This document shows positions 39,626 to 54,761 of a stretch of DNA of 64,000 nt, piece by piece. The DNA comes from Octopus sinensis. Taxonomy: Eukaryota. The DNA lies in NCBI RefSeq assembly GCF_006345805.1, contig NC_043000.1, positions 55,614,001-55,678,000 on the forward strand, read 5' to 3'. The translations under genes were made by a program, and so were the position numbers. The notes under the pieces are model-generated. The model was not told the DNA's origin and did no database searches. It saw only the letters and a list, made by a program, of their open reading frames with translations. Every line of letters begins with the position of its first letter. Within the stretch, counting starts at the first letter, position 1.

Positions 39626-40336
39626 GAGTGTGGGGGAAAATTAGAGCATATATCGTCTCCATGCTGAGCAGCTTTACTGCAGAATTTAGACCCTGCTCGG
39701 TTGATTCAACCCTAAATAGCCTTAACGTTGCTTACGGCCCAAGGAAACATAACTCTAGTTCTCTCTTTTCCCTTTTATCATTTCTTTTCTTTTCTTTTTT
39801 CCCAATGTTTGGCAATTCAGTCCAAATCGCTGACCTCAACTATGTATTAATATTGGTTTCCCATTTTTGCACAAGTCTAGCACCTTGGTATTAATAACGG
39901 TTGCGAAAAAAATTAACGAAGATAGTTATAGGTGATTTATAACTATGATTAGTGGACTACATTACGATGTAAAATAAGAATATAGTTAGTTTCCAGTGTT
40001 AATAATATATAGAAATAAATAATATATAGGAATAACAACACAAGTCCATAATAAATATATTAGGTAATGTAATAACTGGTTATGAAATAAATCAACAAGA
40101 ATCATCGACAGAAGACACTTAAGTATCTCTAAAGTTAATTAACATATATTTACAATGTGTAAAATAATGTTCTAATAATCGAGGTATGTTTGTACTATGT
40201 AACATTTAATTCGAATGTTATATTAGGAGATAATGAATTTTATTGGCGCTTTGAAAAAAGTAAACTCAGAGTTGTTATTTAATAAGCTCTCCCCTATGTA
40301 CTGTTGACATTTCAAACGCTTCAACCAATCCAAGCT

Positions 40337-40432
<96 letters not shown>

Positions 40433-40593
40433 TAATTGTTTGAAATTTTGTAACATCTTCCCTCGTACTTAACTGGTATGTAGGATGAAAAGAATCGACC
40501 ACGATAGAATTTGAACTCACCACTTAAAAACAGGATATATACATACATATATATATATATATGTGTGTGTATGTGTGTGTGTGGTGTGTGTGT

Positions 40594-40643
<50 letters not shown>

Positions 40644-40899
40644 CAGACAGATTAGTAACAGGATTTTTTAAATTCTAGGGCGCATCAGCATTTGCTACGT
40701 CAGGACTGGCTAGGTACCACATTATTGAGTTAACAGTGAGGTACAAATAACCATTGGGTGTCATTTGTTTGATAGAGCTCCAGCATGACCGCAGCTGAAT
40801 GGCTTAAACAAGTAAAAGTTTAAAAGAATACACATATATACATATTAGATCGTTGTAGTAGTTCGTTTCAAACATTATAGTACCGAAGAAGGTAGAGAA

Positions 40900-42640
40900 A
40901 AGGGAAAATATGAAAACTTTTACAAAACCCTTTACATTTCAAGTGCAAAAGCCCATCAGCAAAAGGAAACAGGGTAGGAAGTGTCGAGTTGCATCGATTC
41001 CTTTATCTGACTTATACTCCTCGGTGCTTGCTAAGCGGCAGTAGCGGCCTCCCTCCAACTGTTGGTGTAAACAGCTCTCCGACTGTTGGTGTAAACAACT
41101 CTCCAATTGTTGGTTGATGCGGCACTTGGTCACGTGGTCGTGGTCGTGTTGATGACGTATATTGTGATGTTGGTCGCAGTCGCCGTGACATTCTCATAGG
41201 TTCCACCGACTCAACGACGATTGACCGTTAATTTTCAGTTGAGACAGCGGATTAATATAGCTTCAATTTACTTAGATTTCAAGTGTTACTCTCCGAGACC
41301 AGTATGGAGGCGTGTATCTCTTTGGTGATGTTGATGTATCTAGCTGGGTTTTTGCGGAAATAAGACGCGTTGGTAGGAAAGTGCTCCTTCATTCCGACAC
41401 GGAGTAGTTATACTGTGCTACTAATGTAAAAGTATTTGAAGCATTGTATTTGGTATACTACGTACGTACATAAGCACATGTTAGTGCTGCAAATCGAGTA
41501 GTTCGTCAGTGTGTAGGGTTGTTAACCTGCACGTGACCATCTTGTTGATAGGTGTTTATGTAGGGACGGGTCCTGAATAGGACAGGAGGATGTCAAAGCC
41601 TTCCCTGTAGCTTTGTAAAAAGTAGAAGTGGTCTTCTCATTGAAGTGGGGAATCTTCAAGAAGCAGGTCTCAGAGAGATCTCTATTACGACGTTTACCGG
41701 ACATGTGTTTGCGTATGGAGTTAGTAATGGACGTTGGACATCTGTTGGCCTCGAGTACCTTTAGGAGGTGAGTAATGCGTGCATCCCAGCTTGTGTTGTC
41801 TCTGCATCTTTTGTGTATTCGAGTGATCTCGTTACATAAGTAGCTCATCTTAGCCTTGATAGGAAAGGCCGGCTTGTAATGTACGATGAAATCCCGGCAT
41901 TCTGTAGAACACCGTGTCAAGTTTCCCTCGATGATGATGTTTATCAGAAAGTCATGCAAAAAGAGGGAAATATTGCTATTTATGTGTTCGATGGTGAAGC
42001 TAATATGTTGGTCCATCTGGTTGAAATTATCTAGTATAATGGAGGCGCCAATGAGATGGGGAGAGGATGAGGATATCACCCACATACCTGGTGAAAAAGG
42101 CGTATAATTGGCAGGTACTGAGCACCCTACGTTCCAGCGGTTTCAGTAGGCAATAACGAGCAGACATGCGAGGCTGGAGCCCATAGAACTAGAAGTGTGT
42201 GTTGGCAACTATAACTGACAGTGATGGATGTCGGAGGAGGTAAGTCCGAAACAGTATAAATCCGAGGAAGCGACAAGTTCCGTAGTCATGTCAATCACGG
42301 AAAGCACAGGGACCGATGCGTATTTGTTGCGTCTGAATGTTTCGGGCTCGAGATGGCGCAGTCGTTGAATGACCACATTCGGACTGTTGACATGAGCCAG
42401 AAAATTCGGGTCTGATATGAAGGGCAGATCCCTGTGTAAGTGTCTTGATAAGATGGCAAAATGTAGGCACTCTACTCTTGCGCATGCTGGGTTTTGTTTT
42501 TATCCTCGCTGGGAGTTGACATCGATTCAACGGTATCTACACTTAAGTCACTGGAGTTACTCCGCCCGTAGTAGAAGACTTTATCAACAACACCTAGACC
42601 AACATCTGTAACTGTTGATTAACTTAATATTGTCTTTTCT
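40900..42640 (-). mobile_element. Penelope-like element (RT + GIY-YIG), decayed
   Basis: Minus strand: YASVPV (about 42315), SMGSSLA (about 42180), TRYVGDI (about 42085), NFNQMDQHISFTIE, then VYQIQC..YIS.T....MKEH (about 41380-41460). Confidence 0.8.
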
Positions 42641-43433
42641 CATTTATTAATATGCTTAGCCCCCCCCCCAGTCCTCTTCATTTCTTTACTTTTTCTTCCG
42701 AATTTCTGAGTACCTCATTTCTTCTAATATATATATATATATACATACATACATATATACATATATGTACATACATATATATGTATACATGTATATATAT
42801 GTACATATATATATATACATATACATATACACACATACACGCACACATATATATATATATACAATCGTATATAAGTATGAACATGAGTATATACCTTTGT
42901 ATATATGCACTATATATACGTATGTACCAAAGGCTTAAGTCGTGAATAGTATATCACTTGTGAGTACTGCCAATAATTTACATTCAGTGTGATCAAAAGT
43001 CGTAGGTAGAATGTTTTTCTCTAATATAAGTAAATTCCGATACGAATATACTTTTAAGAGTGAAATTACTTTTGTATTGCCTTTCAACATGTTTAATGCG
43101 TCTAACAGACTTGTCAGCACTATTTACACAAATAGCAAACTTTTTTTTCTATTATTAATCAGCTTCGGATTTTGAAGCAGTTAAGTAAGAATTCTTGGAT
43201 AAATTTACATTTTCGATTACATTGCTCTTTTGATATTTCGTCTACTGAATTATGTGGTTAATAACTGTCAATCTTCCACATAGTGTATGTGTGAATATGT
43301 GTGCATTTTAGCGGCAAATAATAGCGTGTAAATATTCGTTTTAAAACCATATTCGTTTTAAAACCAAAGTCGAAGGCAACCAGTGAGACGGCCTATAGTG
43401 TGTTTTGAGATCAACAAATGTAAAAACAAGCAA

Positions 43434-43476
<43 letters not shown>

Positions 43477-44721
43477 GCGGTTCGGCAAAAGAGACCGATA
43501 GAATAAGTACCCGGCTTACAAAGAATAAGTACCGGGCTTACAAAGAATAAGTCCCGGGGTCGAGTTGCTCGATTAAAGGCGGTGCTCCAGCATGGCCGCA
43601 GTCAAAATGACTGAAACAAGTAAAAAGAAAAAGAAAAAAGAATATATAAAATTGAAAAGCAAGAGAAGAGTGGAGTTTTATTCACATCGAAATCTTTAAT
43701 TAAAATGTTTTCGACAGCATATATAACAATGGCCATCATATGTTTCTACTGCAGCAACAGCACATTGCTCTGCATGCAATTATACATCCTAGTCGTTGCA
43801 ATTTCATCAAGGTTCCATCACCTACGTCCTTTGCAAAGTGAACTAATTCAAACAAGTTTCTTGCGTCGGTATTCAGTTAGTGGTGATAGCGTTACTTTTT
43901 AAATCGAATTGCATGTATATATATATATATATATTCATGACAAAAATATGCACGCCACACAATCCGGGAAACCGACCTTATGAGCATGGGAAAGATCTTA
44001 ATTCTTTTTCGATGTGTGCACTGAACACACATACACACTCACACCCCACAGAGAACATATATCCATACATATATACATATATATAATGTATATATAAATG
44101 AATACATGTGTATATATGCATGCGTATATAACAGACCATATTTTATATTACTCGTGCATATGCACAAATGTACAAAACTTAATCTATAAAAATGAAGCAA
44201 ATTGATATATTTCCTCAGAATATGAAATTTGTAGTTATCCTTTAATTTATACTGGATTTTATTATTATTATTATACTTTATTTACTTATTAGATGCTCTA
44301 CGCCCTATAACAGGAAATATATACATGCACACACATGCACATTCACACAGACACACACATTTACATATGTATGTGTGTCTAAGTATGTGTGAATAAGTGA
44401 GTCTGCGTATGTGCGTTAAAGAATGTAAGGTATGTGCGCCTAAGAATGTGATGTATGTTTATTTCTGAGTATACACGTGCTTGTGTGCATTTTTGTGGGC
44501 GCGCGTATGCTATTCGATGTCCAAACGAAGTAACATAATCTACGAGTATGAGCTGAAATGTTCATAGGTTGACTATGAAGGATGAAGCATGAGCTATGAA
44601 ATGCTACATACATTAATTTCAACAACCCTCTTTATTAGCAACTGCATTGTTTCCTTCCAGGTAAAATGATATCTAACTGTCCAAAGAAGATTTCAAATGT
44701 AACCATTAGCCACTTCCGAAA

Positions 44722-45472
44722 ATGGACGAGATTTGGCATCGAGGTGTTATCACGTATCTGAAGAAAAAGGGATTCGACCCCAAGGACATTCATGCTAACA
44801 TGATTGTTACATTAGGTGATGTCGCTCCAGCTATATCAACAGTGGGAAGCTAAATTTAGAAGGGGAGTCGAGAGTCATTAAGATGATTCAAGTTTTAGGT
44901 GTCCAGAAATACCACCACAGAGGAAACTATTGATCATGTTCACCACATAGTCACGACGACAGGGGATTGACTATAAATCAAATGGCCAGCGATCTTATCA
45001 TATCCTGTGAAGGAAAGGAGACTGTTCTGCGCAATGAAGTCGGCATGACGAAGGTTTTTGCTCGGCGGGAGCCAGGTCCACTGACACCGGATCAAAATCG
45101 CATCAGGCTGATCTCATCTCATGACGGGGAAAGTGACATTATTTGAGGGAAATCCAGCTGGTTTCCGTGAAGTTCCACAATCCAAGATTAATTTTGGGTT
45201 CATCACTTTGAGCCAGGTGCAAAGAGACAACCTATGTGATGGAAATATCCCTTGTCACCTGCTCAAACAAAAGACTCTGGTCGCTTCATCAGTTGAGAAG
45301 GTGACGCCTTCAGTCTTTTTGGGGGAATGTAAAAGGCATTGCGTTTATTGATTATCTTCAAAAAGGCCACACCATCAATGGAGAGTACTATGCCAACTTG
45401 TAGAGGCAGTTTCGAAAGGTTATTGAGATCAAACACGCAACAATACTGACAAACGGGCTCTTGTTTTATCAG
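44722..45472 (+). mobile_element. Mariner (DD34D-type) transposase pseudogene, 3'-truncated
   Basis: MDEIWHRGVITYLKKKGFDPKDIH, FARREPGPLT (WVPHEL equivalent), WVHHFEP, SVFW..KGIAFIDYLQKGHTINGEYYANL, LLFYQ; breaks before the second Asp. Confidence 0.85.
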
Positions 45473-45664
45473 CAACTCTCACTAGCACCACAGCAACTCT
45501 CACTAACAATACCAAGAAACTCAGATATAAGCAAAATGTAGAGAAGCAAATTTTATATACGAGGTAGCCTTTCTCTCAGAGGGATGATGATATGGTTAAA
45601 AACTGATGAGAATTCCTCAAAAATATATGCATATATAATATATGTAAGAATGTGTGAATATATA

Positions 45665-45727
<63 letters not shown>

Positions 45728-46144
45728 TGTATGTATGTATGTATGTATGTATGGAGACGCATACATAAGAACATACATATATTGTAAACTTATATAGAGA
45801 TATATATGTATACATACATGCAAATACGTAATTACCATTATTTATATCTTGAGTAAAGACCAGTTTGGGTGGAGCCCAACCACGGATTTACAATATAGAA
45901 TTGTGATGAACCATAAACTCGGACCCTGCCATAGTAATATTGTTAGCCTCGTGCGGCAACTGAGAGCTTAAGGAGGATTTTGTCCAGATTGATAATCCCT
46001 CAAAATTTGCTATGTGAGTGTGTGTGTGTGTGTGTATACATTATTTTATCCTTTTGTTTCAGTCATTTGCTTCTTGCCGGAGAACCGCCGTTAGTGGAAC
46101 AAGTCAACCCCAGGACTTTGTAAGCCTAGTACTTATTCTATCGG

Positions 46145-46195
<51 letters not shown>

Positions 46196-47339
46196 ATATA
46201 TATACATGTATGTTCGTATGTATGCGTCTCCATAAATACATACATACATAAGTACGTACGTACGTACGTACATGTGCATTGTACGTTTTTATGGCATTCA
46301 AGTATGATTTTGTGAAAGCGACGTAACTTACACTTACAAATGTTCGCTAAATAAGAACAGACATTTTTATGTTCTTTAGTACATCATGTTTCAATAAGTT
46401 AGTTGTTAGTAATTACATATATTAATATAGTAACGAAACGGAAAAAAAGAGTCACCCAGCTAACCCATATTACTTTCTTTCATTATTTAATTTCCGACAA
46501 GATCCGAATCATTTGGAAAAGTGGCAGTAATATATTGCCTAGTGTACGCACGCATGTACACACACATGCATACACTCACATGTACACACACACTGTTATA
46601 TACATATATACACATATACATATATGTATGTATATATTTAGCAAAAGTTTTTGGAACGGGAAAGTAATAATATGAACGGAGAGAATTGTCAGCTGCTGCG
46701 TTTATGTGAATAAACTCTATGAAAATTATGTTTGTCACTGCATTTATTCGCGTATGTGAATGTATGTATGATGCCGTATGTATGTATGATGCCTTCTTAA
46801 TCATTAGTTTTCTCAGTTTGGCGGGCCGTTTCTCTCTTACGTTTTTTTATCAGTTTCAAGAGCAATGGCTCATGCTTAAAATAATTTCAACTTCTGTTTT
46901 CTAAAGATACATATCGAATGTTCGTTAGAGAGATTTTCATACTTTATTTTTAAAAGATGTGAAATAGCGGGAGGTGGATTGGTCGATTCTGTCTAAATAC
47001 GTTATATTCTTAGTTCACTTTCCTTAGAATCCTAGTCCACTTTCCTTAGGATTCTAAGATCAACTCTTCATTTTTCCATCTAGGCCGGATGAGTTCATTC
47101 ATATTCAAGTATTGCTGACAATATATCTCACACTAAAATTTTATGTCTTGCACCTATCGAGTAAAGGATTATAATCGTATCGTACATTGAACGTGTCTTC
47201 TCATTTTTATACCTTTTATATTGTGAATATGAATGTACGTATCGTAATTTAATGTATGTAACGTAACATTGAGCACAATAACAGTAGTCTTCTTGAATTT
47301 TACTACGTACTGGCTCTGCACAAACCATGTTCGTTATGA

Positions 47340-47750
47340 TAATAAGCCATTCCTGCCTTGTTTGGTAATTTACTGAGTAGTTAAAAAAACCGGGTTAAGT
47401 GAGTAAGCCCCAAAAGAAATCCAGAGGGTAAGAGCCTAAGGCAGATATATATATATATATATATAGTTAACGAATATCTAACATCTTCTGCAACTCCATG
47501 AATGCCGCAAATATATTGACGGCACCTTTCTTCATGGCGTATCTATAAACGGAGATGTGGTAAGTGTATTTAGGGCTAGGCACTTTAGATGTGTTTAAGA
47601 TACTGTCTTTGTAATACTGTCAACAAATGACGAAAATGGCCAACTGCTATGTTACTAAGTATCGATAACTCTAATGCATGTAAATATGGATCTTTTAGGA
47701 AGTTCTTCCAGAAAATATTGAACTATTCAGCTGTCATCATTGCTTCTATA
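47340..47750 (+). mobile_element. Possible Penelope-like RT remnant
   Basis: CRKYIDGTFL (cf. RYVDDTF) at about 47505 and TNDENGQLLC (cf. T.E.E.NGQLPFLD) at about 47625. Confidence 0.35.
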
Positions 47751-47903
47751 TTGAGAAGCAGTTTCATAAATAGTACGAAGATCATTCCATATATATCAAT
47801 GCACATTCCTAAGATACTTTTTGTGTCAATGACTTTTGCATATTCTTTTATGTCTTTCTGTAGTTTTGTTGTAGTCAGAGAGTGATTGTGTTTGTCTGTA
47901 CGC

Positions 47904-47942
<39 letters not shown>

Positions 47943-48399
47943 CGTGTGTGTGTGTATGCATCAAGTTGTGGTAATCAAAGGGCGCCGTCTAATATGACAA
48001 GTACTTTCTATAGTAAGTAACAATGATTCAATGATTCATATATATCGATTACACTATTGGGTATTTTTCTAACATCACCTGTCAGATTGTTTTCATAATG
48101 CTCCGCAGACAACGCCAGTCACCAAGTTGATTGTATATACAATATGTGTTTGTATTTATTTTTCATAATTTTGCAGATATGTTTACAGATTTGTATGCAT
48201 GTGTATGGAAGTATTTCCAGTTCTTTCAAATATATTACCTACTCACTACTCTATTCATACCTTCAATCCTCTTTCTAGTAGATAACTCATTCTAGACCAC
48301 TATACTTGCTGACTCTTTTATGTATACTAGTTCTAACAGCCAGTTTTTCACATCTTCAAAAACGTTGTAATTTTATTATCTCCTTCAGTTTTCACAAAG

Positions 48400-48900
48400 C
48401 TATTTTTCATAACCACTACGGTTCAACATGTCACTATTTTTATACATTTTTCTTCAAAACACTCGGGTCCTTGATCAGTTCTTGTTCATTTACCCATTCG
48501 CACCCACTATTTTGAACCATGTCTAACTTTCTCATGTCATACTTCCTCTTGTACTGCTCCAACATAACTGACGCCATCGATTTTTGCCGCTTTCTTTTCG
48601 CATCAGCTTCACGACAGTACTACTTATCTTGTTCACATTTCTGCACAGGCTTTTAAAAATTTGCTATTTTTCTCTTTCTCCAAAATGTTATATTTTGCTT
48701 TCCCCTTGTGGTATAAACTATATTCTATTGTTGGAAATATTTGTATTATTTTCCTCCGATTAGAACATGGATAGCTTTCGCGGAATCTTCTGTTTTTACT
48801 TTCATGTACTCGATTATCATTTTATATCATGATATTCAAAAATTGTATCAATGTCAGTAATATGCGAACCACCAATATTCTAAATGATCAATATTTTGGA
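48400..48900 (-). mobile_element. Possible RTE-like LINE remnant (region between EN and RT)
   Basis: Lys/Arg-rich minus-strand translation with spaced Trp residues; no catalytic motif is readable. Confidence 0.25.
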
Positions 48901-49244
48901 TAATATATCTTATCTATACTGGATCACAATACTATCTTCTGAAAATTTACTTATAAAGCACATATCAAAATTGACGAAACGAGTTTCACAATTTCTACAA
49001 ATATAGCATTACTATTGTACAATATTAGCATATTCAGATTTATATGTGACGATTATCAAAAGACGAAATGTAACATCATTAGCATTGAATTGGAAAAGTA
49101 TTGCCAATTTGTATAAAGTATTGCCTATCGCTTTACACACGCGTGCTCACACACACACGCTCATACACACACATACATATGATATATATATATATATACA
49201 TATAAATGTATGCATATATACATATATACGTACATGTATATATG

Positions 49245-49302
<58 letters not shown>

Positions 49303-50201
49303 ACTTATATATGTATATTTATATATATATATATACTTACGCTCGCACGCACACACACTCACACATACACACACACACACACACAAATAAATGTTGTTTC
49401 GAATTATTCGTCTAGACAGGTGTCTGCGGTAAAGAAAAATAAGTCTCAATTTATTATAATACATTGTTACCAACTTCTACGCCGCAACAAAGGAGTCCGT
49501 ACATGGACAGCCGATCTGAAAAAAAAAACAATAGAAATATCTATCATTAAATCGCATGCTACCTTTTCAAAATCGACTCAGTTAATTAATGTATAGATAT
49601 ACCGTCTAAAGTGCCATTTGGAACCTCTTTACTAACAAGTCTTCCCGATAAAGTTTAACCTGAGGCTAACAGCAATTAAAAGAGAAAAACAACTAGTAGT
49701 ACTAATATTACTACTACTATAACTAGTACTCTTACTGCTGGTATTGCGTCTTATTTGATTGAGATTGAAAATTATCGATACATAAACGACAAATTTGCTC
49801 TTTCTTTTTATGATAATTTTGAAAAATTTAACAAATAACCTATTAACTATTGTGGTATTTATCTTTATGAAAACAAGTAGACCATAGCACAGTCTGTAAT
49901 AAATTGTAATATATTGTTTAAGGAGAAAACGCACATTTATTATACGGTTTCAATTTAAAAGTTGAGCAACTTAAACAATCGCTTAGGACAGAATTGTTTT
50001 AAGCTAACGTATGAATATAACTAAGCTGAGTGAACAAAAATGGATTTATTCCTCCATAACCGAAGCGGTCTATTGCACGTTCACAATTTCAAAGTTATGT
50101 CACATAATGAAAATTAATATACGAACAAGTAACGTTCAGTCATTCAAAGTAGTTGCTGTAGAAGTATACATTCATAAATGTTTGTGTATGTATATGAATA
50201 T

Positions 50202-50269
<68 letters not shown>

Positions 50270-50639
50270 GCATATGGATAATGTGAATACACACACACAA
50301 ACGCACATAAATTTATATGTGCGTGTGAGTGTATGCGTGTGTGTGTATGATTTTTATTTGTGTGTGTGAGTGTGAGATTGATGCAAACACTTTGGCAGTC
50401 TCAGTATATTAAGATTTGATGCGTAGTTGGAATAGACTTTCATTTAACGATATCTATGTAAGGTACACCTTCTAGTTTATTTATTTATGATAATTAATTT
50501 TCTCTACTGTTAATTCGTTTTAAGTTCTCAAATTAGAGACAGAAAAACTCGAGGTATTTTATATTCTGTGTTGCAAATATATAGAAAACTCCAGAAACAG
50601 CTTGCAAAATCAACTAAAGATTTGTAGAAGGGTCGCAAC

Positions 50640-51275
50640 ATAAATAACCAAATCTTCATACTGGAAACTGGGGACCTTAATATTTGGCGGAGTTACAGCT
50701 ATGTGGTTTGACCAATTTCTGCATTTAATTTCACAAGATCCTCGAAGATACACTTGAAAAGTTTACAAAGAAATATACGTTGAGCATCAAATTTTTTGGG
50801 ACATTTTTCGCTACACAAGAATCTCAAAACTTTCAACAAATGGGTGCTGCATAACCTGGAAGAATATTTTAATAAGTGGTTTTTACAAAGTTTCATCTCT
50901 GTCTTTTTTTTGTCTTTGTAATATACCCATAGCATAGTCTTTGATTCCATTGTATCATGTGACGAAACAGATTTCATACGATAGCCAACAAGCAGCTACG
51001 TTATTTCCTCAGGCGAAAACGCATGTACTGTACTAAGCTGAAGCTACATTAAAAGAAGCCTATGGTCACGTTTGGTCCCCCTTAAGCAGCATTGGCTACA
51101 ATAACTTTTCAATTATTACGATAGGATTATTGTCATGTAAACGACAAAATAATCCTCGAAATGTAACGACAGTTTCCAGCACTGGTGATTTGAAAAGAAC
51201 CAATTCTTCTCCATAGTATGGCTTAACTACATGTCAGACAAATGATTCTACAGAAATTGGGCAAAAAAATTATTT
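50640..51275 (+). mobile_element. Second mariner transposase remnant
   Basis: KWVLHNL at 50838 (WVPHEL), FDSIVSCDET at about 50940 (first Asp) and PALV..KEPILLHSMA.LHVRQMILQKL at about 51176-51258. Confidence 0.7.
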
Positions 51276-51559
51276 TCGCACTCTGATTAACTTACTATGT
51301 GTGCAGTTACCCGGAGAATTTCCAGCAAAACATTTCCAACAAGGGAGCAACACAAAACGCATTCAAAGAATTCGACTGTTCAGGGACTCAATCGCTATAT
51401 ATAGGTATGTTTTTTAATGATAAAGATCTTTAAATTTTAATTTTCAATACTTTTATCTATATTTTTACTGAGTTTTACTATTTAGGAGCAGTTTTTTAAA
51501 AATTCACAATTACCCAGTTAAACACGCGTGCGCACACACATACAAACAGGCACTTACAT

Positions 51560-51618
<59 letters not shown>

Positions 51619-51817
51619 ATATATATATTATATATATTATATTATATTAAATTAGAGATAAAACCACTATTAGGCAAATCATACAATGAAAAACTTAAGC
51701 CAATACATAAGATTAATTAATTTATATTATTTTAAATATATATCAAAATTATTAAAAAAAGATAATTAGTATAACACTACGATCGTTTTATGGCTGTCCA
51801 ATTCGTAAAAATTCGTA

Positions 51818-51867
<50 letters not shown>

Positions 51868-52539
51868 GTGTGTGTAATATTGAGTACTTTACATGCGGAT
51901 GCCTTGATCATACAAATACACAAGAATATTATGCGCACAGATATATGTGCGTTATATCTTTAAGACTAAATTGTTTATCAAAGAAACGCCTTCAACACTG
52001 TACTTTTCACCACAAACAATATACAGAAGCAGCATCTGGATACTTCAGTTAAGAACGTTGATTCCAAGTAAAATAATATGCCTGGATGTTCTTATTCAGG
52101 AGATTGATTTCTTTATTAAAAGGATGAAATGGGGAACTTTCCATTTCGACAAACATCAAAACGCTGCTAAGACTGGTGACCGAATTAGACTTAAAACATA
52201 AATTTCTCCTTTGTAATCATCATGCGGTTCTGTTTGAGGACATATTTATATTAATCCGAAACATTAAATTCACTAGTAACGAATAACCAGCTTCAAAAGA
52301 ATTTGAAACCCGTGTTAGAAACATTAGGGATGTGATTGATATCCATGTTCATTTAGACAAGGCTAGTAATTTGTATCGGATAGAGAGGATTTCGTGTCAC
52401 CGTTTTTATGGCGTACAATCACTAAGGCTTACTTTAAAACAAGTCCGATTTTAATGAAGGATATTAACGTTTCTCAGTTTAAGGTTTCTCCTGAACTACA
52501 TATCCAGGAGTGAAGATAATCACTAACTGTTGCAGATCC

Positions 52540-53330
52540 TCACTTTATACCGAAAGATCATAAACCAGATTCCAATAAACCTACTAAATCTGATATAATT
52601 ACAGTTAGTAAACATATTAGGCATAACCCAACCATAAAGTATTTTCAGGCCTACGGAGTAAATCATTTCCAGTGATAGACTGGATCGAAGTTATATGAGT
52701 AAGAAATTTTCAAAATTTACCCTATTTGATGTAGATGATTATTATGTTTCAATCATAATACCACTATTACTTAGAGGCGTCAATTCTGCTAAAACCGCAA
52801 ACGAGATGATAACTAATTTCGGTGTTTATGTAATTATCCATGCTCGGGAAGGTTGAAGTTGCAATATTCTTCTTGGTTAAAATATTTCCCATATATCTTC
52901 CCTGCGGTAAGTATGGATATAATTGATTCAGCTGAGGTCAGTAACATTAATGGTCTATACATTCTGTTTGAACTTAAGGATCAATTCGCAAATACCGGTG
53001 CTTGTAAAGATATTGCACAGTATTGACCATGAACAATTGTAACCAACGAGATTATAGATACATTCAGGAAGAATCTCATTGTCTTCTTCAGTGTTCTTTA
53101 TCTACCTACTACTTTAAATATGAATGTATCAAAAGTTCTGGTTTTAAGAAGCTATAACATATTAACTGCGAGTGTAGAATTAGAAACAAATGTAAATAGG
53201 AAACCTATTTAGTATAACCCTCATTTAATACGGAGTTGCAACAAACTCCTATTACCAAAATTTAGCTTCTTTTTGAAGAATATATTTCGGCAGAACATAA
53301 GTATTATAACATTTTTTATCAGGAATACTC
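52540..53330 (+). mobile_element. Naiad/Neptune-type PLE RT remnant
   Basis: KDHKPDSNKPT at 52553, FTLFDVDDYYVSI at about 52720 and MDIIDSAEVSNINGLYIL (cf. MGSFDGAEVCELVGLYIL) at about 52915. Confidence 0.6.
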
Positions 53331-54126
53331 TTAATTTATCTTATTCCGTTACTCCTCGTCGGATGAAAAGCTCTCGTGTGCGAAAACATGCAGGTATATG
53401 CGTATAAAATGATATATTAGTCATAGCGTATGTACGTGCAAATATGCGCGTATATACGCTGGTTCAGTATTAGCATTTATTTTGCATTAGGTTTCTAATT
53501 TCATCATTCATAGATTGCATGTATTTACGAATTGTTCACATTTACTATAATCTTCTACGGATATAAGTAGATAAGAATTTTCTTCGTAAATAATGAAATT
53601 GATAATGCATAAACATTAAATAGTACGAAGTAAATAAATTTAAGGGGAGATAATTGGTTAAAGTCATTATTGTGGACAAGGGAGATAATCGTTCAGCTTC
53701 CGGCGGGGGGGGATATACATATTTATACGCAAAAATTCAAAAACTAGAGTAGTGGGAAGAAATATGTACAGTGATGGGTGAATTAAAATATGTAGAGATC
53801 AAAGTTTGTTATGCGTGCATATTTAGACGTGTTCTGTATTTTTCGACGAAAAACCTTTCTTTATTTAAACGTTCGTGTAAAGAAATTGTATATTTGCACT
53901 GGTAGAAGGGGAAAACTGTAAAATCCGAGCCTTCAAGAAAATACGCATTCAAATAAATTTTAACGTCATGAAGAGCGAAAGCGAAACCGATCGAAAAACA
54001 CAATACAAGACATATTAAAAATTATATTAAAACTATGTAAAGTGCGTGCGTTTGCCTTCTTTAATTTCTGATATATTTATTACAACTCATCACGTGGAGA
54101 TAATTGAGATTCCTCCCTTTCTGCTA

Positions 54127-54306
<180 letters not shown>

Positions 54307-54430
54307 ATATAATTTAAATCAGTTAGATTCGGTTCCCTGCGACTTAAAATTTCGCAGACCTCACGTAACGTAAGCCTGTCCGCTCTTAAACGTGGTGATT
54401 GCCTCTTCTTTTGTTTGTTCAATTATTTGT

Positions 54431-54468
<38 letters not shown>

Positions 54469-54469
54469 C

Positions 54470-54510
<41 letters not shown>

Positions 54511-54520
54511 TATGTATGTA

Positions 54521-54556
<36 letters not shown>

Positions 54557-54725
54557 TGTATGTATGTATGTATGCATGCGTTTGTGTGTATGTGTGTGTG
54601 TATGTATGTATGTATGTATATATATATATATCTATATATATATATATTATATATATAATATATGTATGTATATATATATATAGTATGTATATATATATAT
54701 ATGTATGTATATATATATGTATGTA

Positions 54726-54761
<36 letters not shown>

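Noticed and set aside
40925-40970. Minus-strand CTGATGG...TGAAA near the PLE 3' end as a hammerhead
   Set aside because: A9 is mutated, stem II is irregular and stem I does not pair at the cleavage site. At most it is a relic.
43495-43560. Short direct repeats (GAATAAGT x3) as a CRISPR-like array
   Set aside because: It is a ~22-bp slippage duplication inside SINE family B with no unique spacers, in a eukaryotic context.
45590-45640. CTGATGAG-AATTC-CTC-AAAA as a hammerhead
   Set aside because: G12 is missing and no stem I partner exists.
53355-53400. CGGATGA...GCGAAA after the PLE remnant as a hammerhead
   Set aside because: The core is mutated, and stems I and II cannot be paired.
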